Shown here: piece after piece, positions 7,434-18,300 of the stretch | Layout of the letters: the number at the start of each line of letters is the position of its first letter | How positions within the stretch are numbered: the first letter of the stretch is position 1 | NCBI GenBank assembly: GCA_036522815.1 | Contig: DATDFC010000119.1 | Coordinates: 2,462 to 66,461, forward strand | Reading direction: 5' to 3' | Length of the DNA: 64,000 nt | Source: Gemmatimonadales bacterium | GTDB lineage: Bacteria; Gemmatimonadota; Gemmatimonadetes; Gemmatimonadales; GWC2-71-9 | Notes under the pieces: generated by a model | The model's input: only the letters and a program-made list of their open reading frames with translations | Database searches by the model: none | What the model was told of the DNA's origin: nothing | Translations under genes and position numbers: made by a program

Positions 7434-10400
7434 CTAAGGGGAGCGGGAGCGCGCCCGCTCGCCCCCGCCGCCCGGCCCGAGGGTGAGGCGTCCCTGCAGC
7501 GCGATCTGGAACGGGACGATGATGCCGCCGCCGGCGCTCGCGAGCGAGCCGAACCGACCGTTCACCGCGTAGCGGAATCGTTCGGTGGCGGGGTCGAAAC
7601 CGCGCACGTACAGCAGCACGGGGTCCGGGACCGTCGCGTATCCCCACCCCAGGCGATGCGCCGCGCCGTGCCACCATTCGTCGAGGCCGCCCAGCAGGTT
7701 GACTGTTAAGAGCGAGACGGTGAGTGGGCGATCCTCGCCGAACCAGGCGGGGTGCCAGTTGATCTGCAGATCGAGCGACGGTTGCCACGCGCCGGTGCAG
7801 GAGTTGCGCCCTGCCACCCGCCCCAGCTGGCGCTCGAGGCAGCCCCGCACGCCCGAGGACGCGGTCGCGAGCAGCGTCCGCATGCCGCTCGCCACCGCCG
7901 TGTCGCCGGCCGTCGCGGGGTCGAAGAGAAACGCGCGGTCGTTGCGCGCGCCGTCGCCGTTCACATCGGATCCCACGAGTGGGGTGAACGGCGCACCCGA
8001 GAGCAGCCGTCCGATCGCCCCGATCTCGAGCGCGTCGCTCACCGGGTAGTTCACCGTGGCGAGCAGGGCATGGCGCCGCTCCAGATCGCTCGTCGCCCAC
8101 TCGGGCACGTTGGGATCGCCGGCGGTGGTAGGCGCCGCGAAGCCCTGGGAGGTGGAGCAGCACGCGAACGACGACTGATCCATGGAGCGCGTCAGAGTGT
8201 AGGAGACGCGTACGGTGGCGCCGCGCTGCGTCGCACCGGCGACCGCCACGGTGAGCTGTTTCGTCTCGGACTCCAAGTCCGAGCGGATCAGGAACACGTG
8301 GCCGAATTCGGGATGCTCGCGCGACGCGGTCAGGCTCGTGGCTCCCGTGGACGGGACGATCGAGTCGGCCGGGACATACACCGGCCGACCACCTTCATCT
8401 GAGAGCGCGAAACGCGTCGTCCCCACCAGGTTCAAGTCGCGGAAGCCGTACTGGCTCTCCCCGCGGGCGTAGCTCGCGTCCACCGTCAACGAGAAAGCAC
8501 CGACCCGCTGCATCAGGCCGAGCGACGCGCGCCAGGCGTGCGGCGCCGTGAACCGGGGATCGTACGTCGTGACGTCGGGCCGGGGCGTCGTCGCCCCGCT
8601 CGTGGAATCGGCGCAGCGTGACGGAATGGCGGCGGGGCTCGCCTCGTAGGCCGACCAGTCGGGCGTCGGCACGGCCGTTCCCACGCACGCGACTTGTGTC
8701 TCCGCGCCGATCGTCCCGGGCGCGCCGAGCACCGCGCTGTACAGGCCGCTGGGTGCGGGGCTCCGGAAGTCGCCCACCCCGCCGCGCACGTACGTCGCGT
8801 GCCGGACCTCGCCCTCGCCGCTGCCCAATCCCCAGGTGAAACCGATGCGCGGTGAGAGGTGTCGCTCGCGCGGCAGCTGATCGACCCGCACGCCGAACAG
8901 CGAGTCGACCGTCCGATTCGCGGCGGGCGCGCCGTCGAACCCGGCGGTTTCGACGCGGACGCCGTACATGACGTGCAGGCCTGAAGCGGCGTGCCAGGTG
9001 TCGCCGGCGTACAGCGCCGCATTCCAGGTCGTCCCGTCCACGTCCTGGGGCGCCAGCGTGCGCATGAAGGTCGACGGGCTGTCGGCGCTCAGGGCCGCGA
9101 GCGAGGGGAACGTGAACGTACCGAGCTGGTTCGGCGTCTGGTCGTCGTCGACGTGGGTGCGGTTCAGGAAGCTGCCGAGCTTGATACGGTGCCTCGCGTC
9201 GCCCGACAGCCAGGACAGCTCGTCGGTGAGCTCGATGGTCCGATCGTCCGCGCGCTGCGGCGTGGCGCCGTTGCCGCCGAAGCTCAGCGTGGTGACGTCC
9301 TGGCCGCCGTCCGCCAGGGGAGACGCGACCTCGACCCGCGCCGCCGGAAGCGCGAGCAGCGCGCTCACGTCCTTGCGATCGGTCGCCACGTACCCGCGGG
9401 CCTCGTTGACGAAGTGGCCCCCGAGATACGACGTCAGCGACGCCATGACACCGCCGCTCCGCTGCGAGCGTCGGGCGCCGGTGGCGGGAAAGGCGAGCGA
9501 GCTCACGTGCGTGGGCTCCTGTGAGATCCAGTGCCCATCGAGGCGCAGCGTCACCGTGTGAACGGGCGAGACCTGCCAGTCGAGCCGCAGCAGGCCGAGC
9601 GTGTTGGAGCCGGCCCGGTCGTCGGGGAGGCCCGGTAGAATCGCGGGCGTGCCCGTGGCGCCGGCGAGGGCGCGGAAGCGCGAGGCGGAGTCGGGACTCA
9701 CGCCCAGGCGGTCGAGAGTCGCGGCGTCGGCCGTGGCGAGCGAGGGCAGGGCCTGGGTGCGCCAGCGGCCCTGCAGGGCGGCGAACACGAACAACCGGTT
9801 GGCAACGATCGGCCCGCCGAACCCGCCGCCGACCTGCGTCTGTGACATCCCCTGACCGAACGGCGTGGACATGGCGTCGCCCCAGGCGACGGTGCGGTCC
9901 CGCAGCGTGGTGGTGAACGAGCCCTGGGGCGTGTTGGTACCGCTGCGGGTGGTGGACGCGACGAGGCCACCCGAGAACTGGCCGCGGGCGACGTCGTAGC
10001 TGTTCGTGACCACGCGGATGGCGCGGACCGCGTCCTGGGGCACTTCGCCCGAGCCGAGCGACATGCCGTCGAGCGTGACGTTGTTGGCAGTGGGCCGTTG
10101 CCCCGCGACGGAGAAGCTGGCGGAGCTGGTGTCGCCACCCGGGATGGCGAGCACGCCCGGGGCGAGCGTGGCCACGGTGTTCAGGTCCGATGCGTCGGTC
10201 GGGAGCCGGGCGACCTCTTCTCCGCCCAAGGCCTGGCCCGTGGCGCCCCGCCCCACTTGATCGGAGCGCCCGCCCCGCCGCGCCGTGACGCTCACGGCCT
10301 CCATGGTGATGGCGGCGAGCCCCATCCGCACGTTCGCGACGATGCGATCTTCGTCTCCCCGGCGGGTCACGCTCAGGTGCGCCGGCGCCATTCCGATGTA

Positions 10401-10670
10401 GCGCACGACCAGATCGTACTGGCCGCCGCCGTCCGGAAACAGCAGGGTGAACCGCCCGCGCGCGTCGGTCGTGACCTGTCGCGCCCCTCCCGTTTCGCGC
10501 GACGTCACCTCGATCGTGGCGCCGGCGAGCGGCTGACTGTCCGGGCCCGTGACCGTGCCGACGATGATATCGGTCGCGGCGCCGACCTGGCCGGAAGCGG
10601 TGCGCGGCACCGCAACGACGAGGCAGGCGAGCGCGGCCAGGGGTGCGAGGCGCCAGAGTCGCGGTGTCAT
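7434..10670 (-). CDS. TonB-dependent receptor with N-terminal carboxypeptidase-regulatory-like domain (Oar-like)
   Basis: Signal peptide (LAALACLVVAVPRTASGQ), then IVGTVTGPDSQPLAGATIEV...TTDARGRFTL (CarboxypepD_reg). Plug region and a long beta-barrel follow. 1078 aa. Confidence 0.85.
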   Translation of the reverse strand: MTPRLWRLAPLAALACLVVAVPRTASGQVGAATDIIVGTVTGPDSQPLAGATIEVTSRETGGARQVTTDARGRFTLLFPDGGGQYDLVVRYIGMAPAHLSVTRRGDEDRIVANVRMGLAAITMEAVSVTARRGGRSDQVGRGATGQALGGEEVARLPTDASDLNTVATLAPGVLAIPGGDTSSASFSVAGQRPTANNVTLDGMSLGSGEVPQDAVRAIRVVTNSYDVARGQFSGGLVASTTRSGTNTPQGSFTTTLRDRTVAWGDAMSTPFGQGMSQTQVGGGFGGPIVANRLFVFAALQGRWRTQALPSLATADAATLDRLGVSPDSASRFRALAGATGTPAILPGLPDDRAGSNTLGLLRLDWQVSPVHTVTLRLDGHWISQEPTHVSSLAFPATGARRSQRSGGVMASLTSYLGGHFVNEARGYVATDRKDVSALLALPAARVEVASPLADGGQDVTTLSFGGNGATPQRADDRTIELTDELSWLSGDARHRIKLGSFLNRTHVDDDQTPNQLGTFTFPSLAALSADSPSTFMRTLAPQDVDGTTWNAALYAGDTWHAASGLHVMYGVRVETAGFDGAPAANRTVDSLFGVRVDQLPRERHLSPRIGFTWGLGSGEGEVRHATYVRGGVGDFRSPAPSGLYSAVLGAPGTIGAETQVACVGTAVPTPDWSAYEASPAAIPSRCADSTSGATTPRPDVTTYDPRFTAPHAWRASLGLMQRVGAFSLTVDASYARGESQYGFRDLNLVGTTRFALSDEGGRPVYVPADSIVPSTGATSLTASREHPEFGHVFLIRSDLESETKQLTVAVAGATQRGATVRVSYTLTRSMDQSSFACCSTSQGFAAPTTAGDPNVPEWATSDLERRHALLATVNYPVSDALEIGAIGRLLSGAPFTPLVGSDVNGDGARNDRAFLFDPATAGDTAVASGMRTLLATASSGVRGCLERQLGRVAGRNSCTGAWQPSLDLQINWHPAWFGEDRPLTVSLLTVNLLGGLDEWWHGAAHRLGWGYATVPDPVLLYVRGFDPATERFRYAVNGRFGSLASAGGGIIVPFQIALQGRLTLGPGGGGERARSRSP

Positions 10671-10671
10671 G

Positions 10672-11631
10672 CTATGGCCCCGCCGCGCAGCTGATCGTGA
10701 AGCTCGCCTGAGCCGTGGCCCCGGCCGGAACGGTGACGGTCTGCGGGTTGGGACTCGCGACCGTGCAATTCCCGGGCACGCCGCTGAGCGTGACCGTGTG
10801 GTCCCCGGTGGGAATCTCCGTGGCGGTGACGCGGTCGTTCGCGCCGATGGTGCCCGATTGACCGGTGTCCAGTGTCACGGTGTAGCCGGCCGGGAGGTTC
10901 GACCCGGTGGTGGTCGTGGTGACGGTGAGGCTCCCGGTGGCGGGAGGCGGGGCGGCGCAGCTGATCGCAAAGCTCGCCTGCGCGGTCTCCCCCCCGGACA
11001 CACTCACCGTCTCCGGATTCGCCCCGCCGAGCGTGCAGCTCGACGTGACGCCCTTGAGCATCACGACGTGGCGGCCCGTGGCAACGCCGACGAAGGTCAC
11101 GACCGCGTTGATCCCGATGGGCTGGAAGATGCTGTCGTCCACGGCGACGGTATAACCGCTCGGGACATCGCTGCCCGCGGTGGTCGTCGTGACGGTGATG
11201 TTTCCCGTCAGCGGGGCGAGGATCGCGAACGCCCGACTCCGCACCGGCGCGAGCGCCGTCCCAGGCGCGGACGCGACGAGCGTATAGCCGGTCCCGGGCC
11301 GGTCGACCCGCAGGTGGCGGAACGTGGCGATGCCGTTCGTCGCCGCGACGGCCGTGGAGTCGCCGAGCGAGCCGCCGCCGGAGGTCGAGTCGAGCGCGAG
11401 CGAGACGACGCCGCCGAAGCCGGCGACGACGTTGCCCTGATCGTCGCGCACGGCGACGCGCACGGGCGGGAGGGTGTTGCGGGCGCGGCCGCTCTGCGGC
11501 TGATCCACGAACCGGAGGTCGGCGGGCGGGCCGGCGACGGGCGAAGCGCCACCGCCCGACCCCCTGAAGAACGTGTCGAGGCGGCAGCTCGCAACCAGGA
11601 CCAGCAGCAGCAACACGGTGAGGCGCGTCAT
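10672..11631 (-). CDS. lipoprotein with Ig-like domain and two tandem beta-sandwich repeats
   Basis: Lipobox LVLVASC. The stop lies 1 nt before the TonB-receptor start. Carries an internal ~90-aa duplication. Confidence 0.7.
   Translation of the reverse strand: MTRLTVLLLLVLVASCRLDTFFRGSGGGASPVAGPPADLRFVDQPQSGRARNTLPPVRVAVRDDQGNVVAGFGGVVSLALDSTSGGGSLGDSTAVAATNGIATFRHLRVDRPGTGYTLVASAPGTALAPVRSRAFAILAPLTGNITVTTTTAGSDVPSGYTVAVDDSIFQPIGINAVVTFVGVATGRHVVMLKGVTSSCTLGGANPETVSVSGGETAQASFAISCAAPPPATGSLTVTTTTTGSNLPAGYTVTLDTGQSGTIGANDRVTATEIPTGDHTVTLSGVPGNCTVASPNPQTVTVPAGATAQASFTISCAAGP
10675..11217 (-). repeat. in-frame tandem duplication (about 88-93 aa x2) inside the lipoprotein gene
   Basis: GNITVTTTTAGSDVPSGYTVAVDD...AQASFAISCAA is followed by GSLTVTTTTTGSNLPAGYTVTLDT...AQASFTISCAA. 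DNA-level similarity is visible, for example gcgcagctgatcg(t/c)(g/a)aagctcgcctg in both copies. Confidence 0.7.
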
Positions 11632-11795
11632 CTACGCACCGGGGAGACTGCAATCGCCGCACCGGGACTCGACACCGCAAAGCACCGTCAATGCATGCGG
11701 CTGCGCGGCAACACCTGTGTCACGCACTCATCGCACGTGCGCGGCTGTCGCCATGCCGCCGCATTCGATCGCGGTCAGGTGAACCCGGTTGGCCC

Positions 11796-12575
11796 CTAGG
11801 GAGACGAAAACGTCGCGGTTCTTCCGTTGATCACATAGCCGCTCGGGTCGTAGTCCGAGAGGTAGCACCACCCGAGCGTCGGCATTACGTATCGCCACGC
11901 GGCCGTGGTCGGCCGCATCGCCTTGAGATTGCCGATCCAGTCGGACGGATTGATCGGTAGCAGAAAGATCAGCGTGTCGGGCACGGCGGCGATGCCGACC
12001 GACTCCTGTGACCAGGACGTCACGAAGGTCGTACCCGTGTGGCCATAGATCGTGACAGAGTCGGGGGTGTACCACAACCTCCAGATCGTCGCGAGACTGG
12101 GCGCGATCGCCGGCGCCACATGGACGATCGAGTCGATGATCTCCGCGACGGTAAAGCTGTCGACGTGGTAGCTCGTGTCTTTGGGCTGGCACCCGAAGGC
12201 GACCGTCCACGGACCGTGCGCTTTCAGGTTCGTCACGGCCGAGAGCTGCATCGCGCTGTGCGCGCTGGACTGCCCCAGGGACGCGGTCACGGTCACCGTC
12301 CCCGTGTCCTCGCTGGTCGGTGCGATGAGCGTATCATGGTGCACGGTCCAACCCGGCGACGCGCTCAAGCTGATGGTCGCGTTGGATATGGCGGTACCCG
12401 TGGAGTCGATGACGAGAGAGACGAGCTGGTCGCTGGGAATCACCTGCCCCGTGAATACCGTCCCCGCGTCCATCACCAGCAGGATGTGGTCCACCCCCGG
12501 CAGCTGCGGTCCGGATGAGGTGCCGCCGCCACAGGCGGCCAGGCAAACAGTCCCGAGGACGATGATCTGGCGCAT
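11796..12575 (-). CDS. lipoprotein, hypothetical
   Basis: MRQIIVLGTVCLAACGGG lipobox. Same strand as, and upstream of, the lipoprotein/TonB-receptor pair. Confidence 0.65.
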   Translation of the reverse strand: MRQIIVLGTVCLAACGGGTSSGPQLPGVDHILLVMDAGTVFTGQVIPSDQLVSLVIDSTGTAISNATISLSASPGWTVHHDTLIAPTSEDTGTVTVTASLGQSSAHSAMQLSAVTNLKAHGPWTVAFGCQPKDTSYHVDSFTVAEIIDSIVHVAPAIAPSLATIWRLWYTPDSVTIYGHTGTTFVTSWSQESVGIAAVPDTLIFLLPINPSDWIGNLKAMRPTTAAWRYVMPTLGWCYLSDYDPSGYVINGRTATFSSP

Positions 12576-12618
12576 TCGCGGCTCTCCCGTGCGAGGCTAT
12601 CGAGTCTATAATAACGCC

Positions 12619-12990
12619 ATGTTCCGAATCCTCATCATCGACGACGACGTCACGCTGCGCCAGGCGCTCACCAAGCACCTGAAGCACGCCGGCCACGAGG
12701 TGCGCCAGGCCGCCGACGGCAACGCCGGCGTCCGGGCGTTCGAGCGGCGCGCCGCCGACTTGGTGATCGTCGACATCTTCATGCCGGGGCAGGGCGGGTT
12801 ACAAACCATCGGCCGGCTGCGGCGCCAATGGCCGGGCGTGAAAATTCTCGCCATGTCGGGCACCAAGAGCGCCGGAGCGATCGACGTCGCCGGACACGCC
12901 ACCTCGCTCGGCGCCGACCGCTTCATCACGAAGCCGTTCGAAGCCGCCGAGCTGCTGGAGGTGATCAGGACGCTGCTCGTCGCGCCGTGA
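12619..12990 (+). CDS. single-domain response regulator (CheY-like receiver)
   Basis: ORF 12175..12990 trimmed to MFRILIIDDDVTLRQ. Contains receiver Asp (VIVDIFMPG) and the KPF motif. Confidence 0.85.
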   Translation: MFRILIIDDDVTLRQALTKHLKHAGHEVRQAADGNAGVRAFERRAADLVIVDIFMPGQGGLQTIGRLRRQWPGVKILAMSGTKSAGAIDVAGHATSLGADRFITKPFEAAELLEVIRTLLVAP

Positions 12991-13078
12991 CGGGGTTTCG
13001 TCGTGCTGGGACGGCGTTTCGTCGCCGCGTGATCCAGCCCCTTGGCCCGGCGCCCCGGGTCCCCCGTATACTCCACCG

Positions 13079-14209
13079 ATGGCAGCGCGCGCCAACCTCA
13101 CCGCCGCGCCGTACCCGCGCTGGTGGTTCGTCCTGGCGATCTGGACCGCCTGGGGACTGCTCCTCGCCACGCAGGTGACGTGGTACACGAGCCTCGGCAC
13201 CAAGCCCACGCCGTTCCTGACCGCGCTGCGGCTCAATATGCCCGGCGCGCTGGTGTGGGGCGTGTTCACTCCCGCGGCCATCTGGCTGGCGCGCCGCTTC
13301 CCGCCGTTCGAGGGTCCGCATTGGCCGCGCGGCGTCGCCGTGCAGCTGGTCGCCAGCGCCGTCGCCGTGTTCCTGGAAGTGCTGGTGGTGACGGTGAACG
13401 GGCACTGGGTGCGCGGTCCGATGCCGGACGACGCGCCGATCCTCGGGTCCGCGCTGCGGTGGTCCATCTGGTGGTACCCGTCCGATTGCTGGCTGTACTG
13501 GGCGATCGTCGCCAGCGACTACGGCGTCACGCACTATCGCCGGCTGCGCGAGCGGGAGCTGCGCGCCTCGCAGCTGGAAGCGCAGCTCGCCGAGGCGCGA
13601 CTCCAGGCCCTGAAGACGCAGCTGCAGCCCCACTTCCTCTTTAATGCGCTGCATACGATCGGTCAGCTGGTGCGCACCGGTCAGGACGCGCTCGCCGTCC
13701 AGGTGGTGGCGGGCCTGGGCGACCTGCTGCGGCGCGTGCTCGACGGCGCCGGCACCCAGGAAGTGGCACTCAAGCAGGAGCTCGAGTTCCTGCGCAGCTA
13801 CCTCGACGTGGAGCAGGTGCGGTTCCGCGACCGCCTCAAGGCAGTGGTGGACGCGGACCCCGACACGCTCGATGCCCGGGTCCCGTATCTCATTCTCCAG
13901 CCGCTGGTCGAGAACGCGATCCACCACGGCATCGCGCCTCGCGCCACCACCGGCCGGCTGCTGATCTCCGCCCGGCGCATTGCCGGCAGCCTCCACCTCA
14001 CGGTCCGCGACGACGGCTCCGGGCTGGCCTCGGGTGGGATGAGCCGCGACGGCCGCGGCGTCGGCCTCGCGAACACGAGCGAGCGGCTGCGGCAGCTGTA
14101 CGGCGACGCGGCGTCGTTCGAGGTGGTGAGCGCGGAGGACGGCGGGACGGTGGCGCGCGTCGTCGTGCCGTTCCGGCTCGCGGCCGCGGAGTGGGAGGGG
14201 AAGGCCTGA
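13079..14209 (+). CDS. LytS/YehU-type sensor histidine kinase
   Basis: N-terminal TM segments, the His_kinase motif LQPHFLFNALHTI, and HATPase motifs (ENAIHHG, DDGSG, GVGLANT). Confidence 0.85.
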   Translation: MAARANLTAAPYPRWWFVLAIWTAWGLLLATQVTWYTSLGTKPTPFLTALRLNMPGALVWGVFTPAAIWLARRFPPFEGPHWPRGVAVQLVASAVAVFLEVLVVTVNGHWVRGPMPDDAPILGSALRWSIWWYPSDCWLYWAIVASDYGVTHYRRLRERELRASQLEAQLAEARLQALKTQLQPHFLFNALHTIGQLVRTGQDALAVQVVAGLGDLLRRVLDGAGTQEVALKQELEFLRSYLDVEQVRFRDRLKAVVDADPDTLDARVPYLILQPLVENAIHHGIAPRATTGRLLISARRIAGSLHLTVRDDGSGLASGGMSRDGRGVGLANTSERLRQLYGDAASFEVVSAEDGGTVARVVVPFRLAAAEWEGKA

Positions 14210-14214
14210 CGGCG

Positions 14215-15003
14215 ATGCAGCCGATCCGGACGTTGATCGTCGACGACGAGCCCGCGGCGCGCGAGGGGATGCGGCATCTGCTCGCCGCCGATCCCGAGAT
14301 CGTGATCGCGGGTGAGTGCGCCGACGGGCGGACGGCCGCGGCGGCGATCCGCGCCGGCGCCCCCGACCTGGTGTTCCTGGACGTCCAGATGCCCGTGCTC
14401 GACGGGTTCGGCGTGCTGCGCGAAGTGGACCTGGAGCAGGCCCCCGCGCTCGTGTTCGTCACGGCCTACGACCAGTACGCGCTGCGCGCCTTCGAGGTGC
14501 ACGCGATCGACTATCTGCTCAAGCCCTTCACGGACGAGCGGTTCCGCGAGTCGCTCGAGCGCGCCAAGCGGCAGGTGCGCCAGGGCCGTCTGGGAGAGCT
14601 GTCGGGCAAGCTCGCCGCGCTGCTCGAGCATTACGGCCCCGATGCGCCGGCGCGGCGCGGTCCGCGCTACCTCGATCGGCTCCTGGTCAAGGCCAGCGGG
14701 ACCGTCACGCTGTTGCGCGCGGCGGAGATCGACTGGATCGACGCGGAGGGGGACTACGTGCGCCTGCACGTGGGCAAGAGCTGGCATCTGCTGCGCGAGA
14801 CCATGAAGAACCTCGAGAGCCAGCTCGACCCGGCGCGGTTCGTGCGGATCCACCGCTCGACCATCGTGAACCTCGAGAAGGTCAAGGAGCTGCAGCCGTT
14901 CTTTCGCGGCGAGTACGTCGTGGTGCTGCACGGCGGCACGACGCTCAAGCTGTCGCGCGGCTATCGCGAGAATCTCGAGCGACGGCTCGGCCGCACCATT
15001 TAG
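14215..15003 (+). CDS. LytR/AlgR-family response regulator (receiver + LytTR DNA-binding domain)
   Basis: MQPIRTLIVDDEPAARE, the VFLDVQMP receiver, and a C-terminal LytTR pattern (IDWIDAEGDYVRLH...IHRSTIVN). The ATG lies 5 nt after the kinase stop. Confidence 0.85.
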   Translation: MQPIRTLIVDDEPAAREGMRHLLAADPEIVIAGECADGRTAAAAIRAGAPDLVFLDVQMPVLDGFGVLREVDLEQAPALVFVTAYDQYALRAFEVHAIDYLLKPFTDERFRESLERAKRQVRQGRLGELSGKLAALLEHYGPDAPARRGPRYLDRLLVKASGTVTLLRAAEIDWIDAEGDYVRLHVGKSWHLLRETMKNLESQLDPARFVRIHRSTIVNLEKVKELQPFFRGEYVVVLHGGTTLKLSRGYRENLERRLGRTI

Positions 15004-15327
15004 CGTCTTGGCGCGCGCGGCGCGCCACTCGTCGCACGACCGTTTGCGTGCCGCGCCGGGGTGAGTAAGCTGGGCACGCGCTCACCGACGAGAGCGTGCA
15101 GTTCGGGTCGCGCGTGGAGTCTGACGGCAACTCCCCCGACCGGCCAACCCGGCGCGCGAGCGTCGGGTTTGGCGTTCCTGGAGCCGCGCGTTCGTCGCCG
15201 CGACGGCGGCCGCCCGTCGTGCGCACGTCGCGGCTCGTCGCAAATCCGTCGCCTCCACGGGCCGGGGTCCGTAGCGTGGCGGGAGTCGAGGAGTCCCTCC
15301 CATCCCGTCAGCCGAGGAGGACCCATC

Positions 15328-18300
15328 ATGCGCTGCATCGTTCGAGGCTGGTTGGCCGCGACCGCAATCACGCTGCTGGTCGCGGCGCACGCGTACGCCC
15401 AGGAACCCGTGACCATCACCGGCAAGGTGACCAGCGACGCGGGGCTGCCGCTGGGGCAGGTCGAGGTCGCGCTCCCGACGCTGGGGCTCGGGGCGCTGAC
15501 CAAGGACGACGGCGCCTACACGCTCGTCGTGCCGGGGGCGCGGGTGTCGGGCCAGACCGTCACGCTCGTGGCGCGGCGGCTGGGCTACAAGTCGCAGAGC
15601 GCCCAGGTGACGCTGAGCGCGGGAGGGGTGACGCACGACTTCACGCTCGCCGCCAATCCCCTGCAGCTCGGTGAAGTCGTCGTGACCGGGGCCGGCACCG
15701 CCACCCAGACCGAAAAGCTCGGCAACGTCCGCAACAATGTCTCGTCCGACCTGATCCAGAAGGCGGGCGAGGCGAACATGGTCCAGGCGCTCGCCGGCAA
15801 GGCGCCCAACGTGACGGTGGTGCAGCAATCGGGCGATCCCGGCGCGGGCTCTTACATCAATATCCGAGGCACCAGCTCGATCCTGGGGGCGAACCAGCCG
15901 CTGTTCGTGGTGGACGGCGTCCCCATGGACAACTCCACCTTCTCGACGTCGAACTTTCTCGGGCCGGAGGATGCCGGCGGGACGCTCGCCCAGGCCGGGC
16001 AGACCGAAGGCACGGTCGCGACCAACCGCGCCGCCGATATGAACCCGAACGACATCGAGTCCGTCGAGATCCTGAAGGGCCCGGCGGCGAGCGCGATCTA
16101 TGGCGCCCGCGCGGCGGCGGGCGTGGTGCTCATCACCACGAAGTCCGGCCGCTCCGGTCCGACCCGGTTCGCGTTCCGCTCGAGCAGCTCGTTCAACGAC
16201 ATCAACCACACCTACCCGCTGCAGACGCAGTACGGCCAGGGAACGCGGGGCATTCATGCCGACACCGCGCTGGGCGGTGACTGCGATGGTGGCGCGGGCA
16301 TCTGCGCGCGCTCGTGGGGACCGCCGATACCGGCGGGGAACGCCTTCGGCGCGCCGTTCGACCATGCGAACGAGCTGTATCAGGTGGGCCACACCTACGA
16401 CAACGGCTTCACCGTGTCGGGCGGCAACGACCGGACCACGTTCTATCTGTCCGGGGACTACAACTACGACCGTGGCGTGATCGTCGGCCCGAACGACGCG
16501 TTCTCCCGCACGACCGTGCGCGTGAAGGCGTCGCACCGGGTGGCGGACAACCTCAAGCTCGGCGGCGATCTGGCGTTCGCCGACACGCGCGGCAAGTACC
16601 TGCAGCGCGGCAACAACACCAACGGCGTGCAGCTGGGGTTCCTGCGCTCGCCGCCCGATTTCAACAACCAGCCGTATTTCGTGATCACGCCCAACGGCAG
16701 TACGCAGCAGCGCTCGTTTTTCGGGATGCGCCACCCGACCGACGCCACGCTCGGCGACGACCGCATCTTCGACAATCCATTCTGGACCATCTACGAGGCC
16801 CAGAACAGCTCGGACGTGGGACGCGTGTACGGCAACGTGAATGCGGAATACCTGCCGACCTCCTGGCTCAAGCTCAACTACACGCTGGGCGCCGATCACG
16901 CGGCGGACGAGCGGCTCGAGGGATGCGCCATCACGTCGGCGTCGCCGTGCGTCGACGGGCGGGTGATCGAAGGCAAGATCGTCACGTATGCCATCGACCA
17001 TAACCTCACCGCCACCGCGACCTACACGCTCAATCCCGATCTCGGCGGCACCCTCACCGTCGGCCAGAACCTGAGCACACGCAACCAGCGCACCCTGGGG
17101 AACGTGGGTCGCACGCTGGTGGCGCCGCAGCCCTTCAAGGCCTCGAATACGGTGGCGCGGGACCCGGTGCTCGACCAGGAGCAGGTGATCCACGACGCGT
17201 CGTGGTTCGGCCAGGGGACCCTGGACGTGAAGAGTCAGCTGTACCTGACCGCCGCATTGCGGAACGACGGCTCGTCCACCTTCGGGCGCTCGAACCTGCG
17301 CAGCTGGTTCCCGAAAGGGAGCGCGGCCTGGGAATTCGTCAAGGCCATCGGGGCGACACCCTGGCTGTCGTACGGCAAGGCCCGCGTCGCGTACGGGCAG
17401 GCCGGACAGGAGCCGTTGCCGTACTTCACCTCGCAGACGCTGTCAGAAGCGCTCTTCATCACGGGCATCTCGCAGGGCACGGCCAACACGCCGACGCAGA
17501 ACGGGCTGGGCGGCATGGTGACGCGCTCCGAGCTGAAAGCGGCGCCGGCGCTCAAACCCGAGCGCTCCAAGGAATTCGAGGCGGGTCTGGACCTCGGCTT
17601 CTTCAAGGACCGGGCCGACGCCAGCATCACGTGGTACGACAAGAAATCCACCGACGTGATCCTGCCCGAGCCGCTGCCCGTGTCCACGGGCTACTTCGCG
17701 CAGGGGTCGAACGCGGCGTCGATCCAGAATCGCGGCTGGGAGGTGTCGCTCAACGTGCGGCCGCTGCAGCAGGCCGACTACGGATGGGACGTGGGCCTGC
17801 AGTGGGCCCGCAACCGCAACAAAGTGCTGTCGCTCGGCGCGGGCGAGCAGTTCATCGTGATCGGCGACTTCAACAACCAGGTGGCGATGGTGGGTCAGCC
17901 GATCGGTGTGTACCTGGGCAGCGGCTTCCTGCGGTGCGGCGTGTCCAACGGCACGACCAACGCGGTCCCCGTGGCCGGTGGCGGCAGCGACAGCCTCGGC
18001 GCCGTATGCCAGGGCCACCCCCGGGGCGCGCTGTACATCGACCCCAACGGGTTCCCAGTTCAGGACCCCGACCCGCGCATCGTCCAGGACCCGAACTACG
18101 ACTGGACCGGCAGCATCCGCTCCTCCGTGCGATACAAGAAAATCCAGGTCTCCGGACTGCTCGACATCCGGCACGGCGGCCAGATCTGGAACGGCACCAA
18201 AGGGGCGCTGTGGAGCTACGGCACCCACAAAGACACCGAGCAGCGGGCCGTCTGCACCGCGCGCACCGAGACCGGCTGCACAGGCAACACGAAGGTCTTC

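Noticed and set aside
15082-17193. 703-aa ORF on the minus strand opposite the susC-like gene
   Set aside because: The composition is Arg/Gly/Ala/Pro/His-rich with no recognisable motifs, typical of antisense frames in ~70 % GC DNA. The plus-strand gene has clear SusC/TonB motifs, an RBS and a signal peptide.
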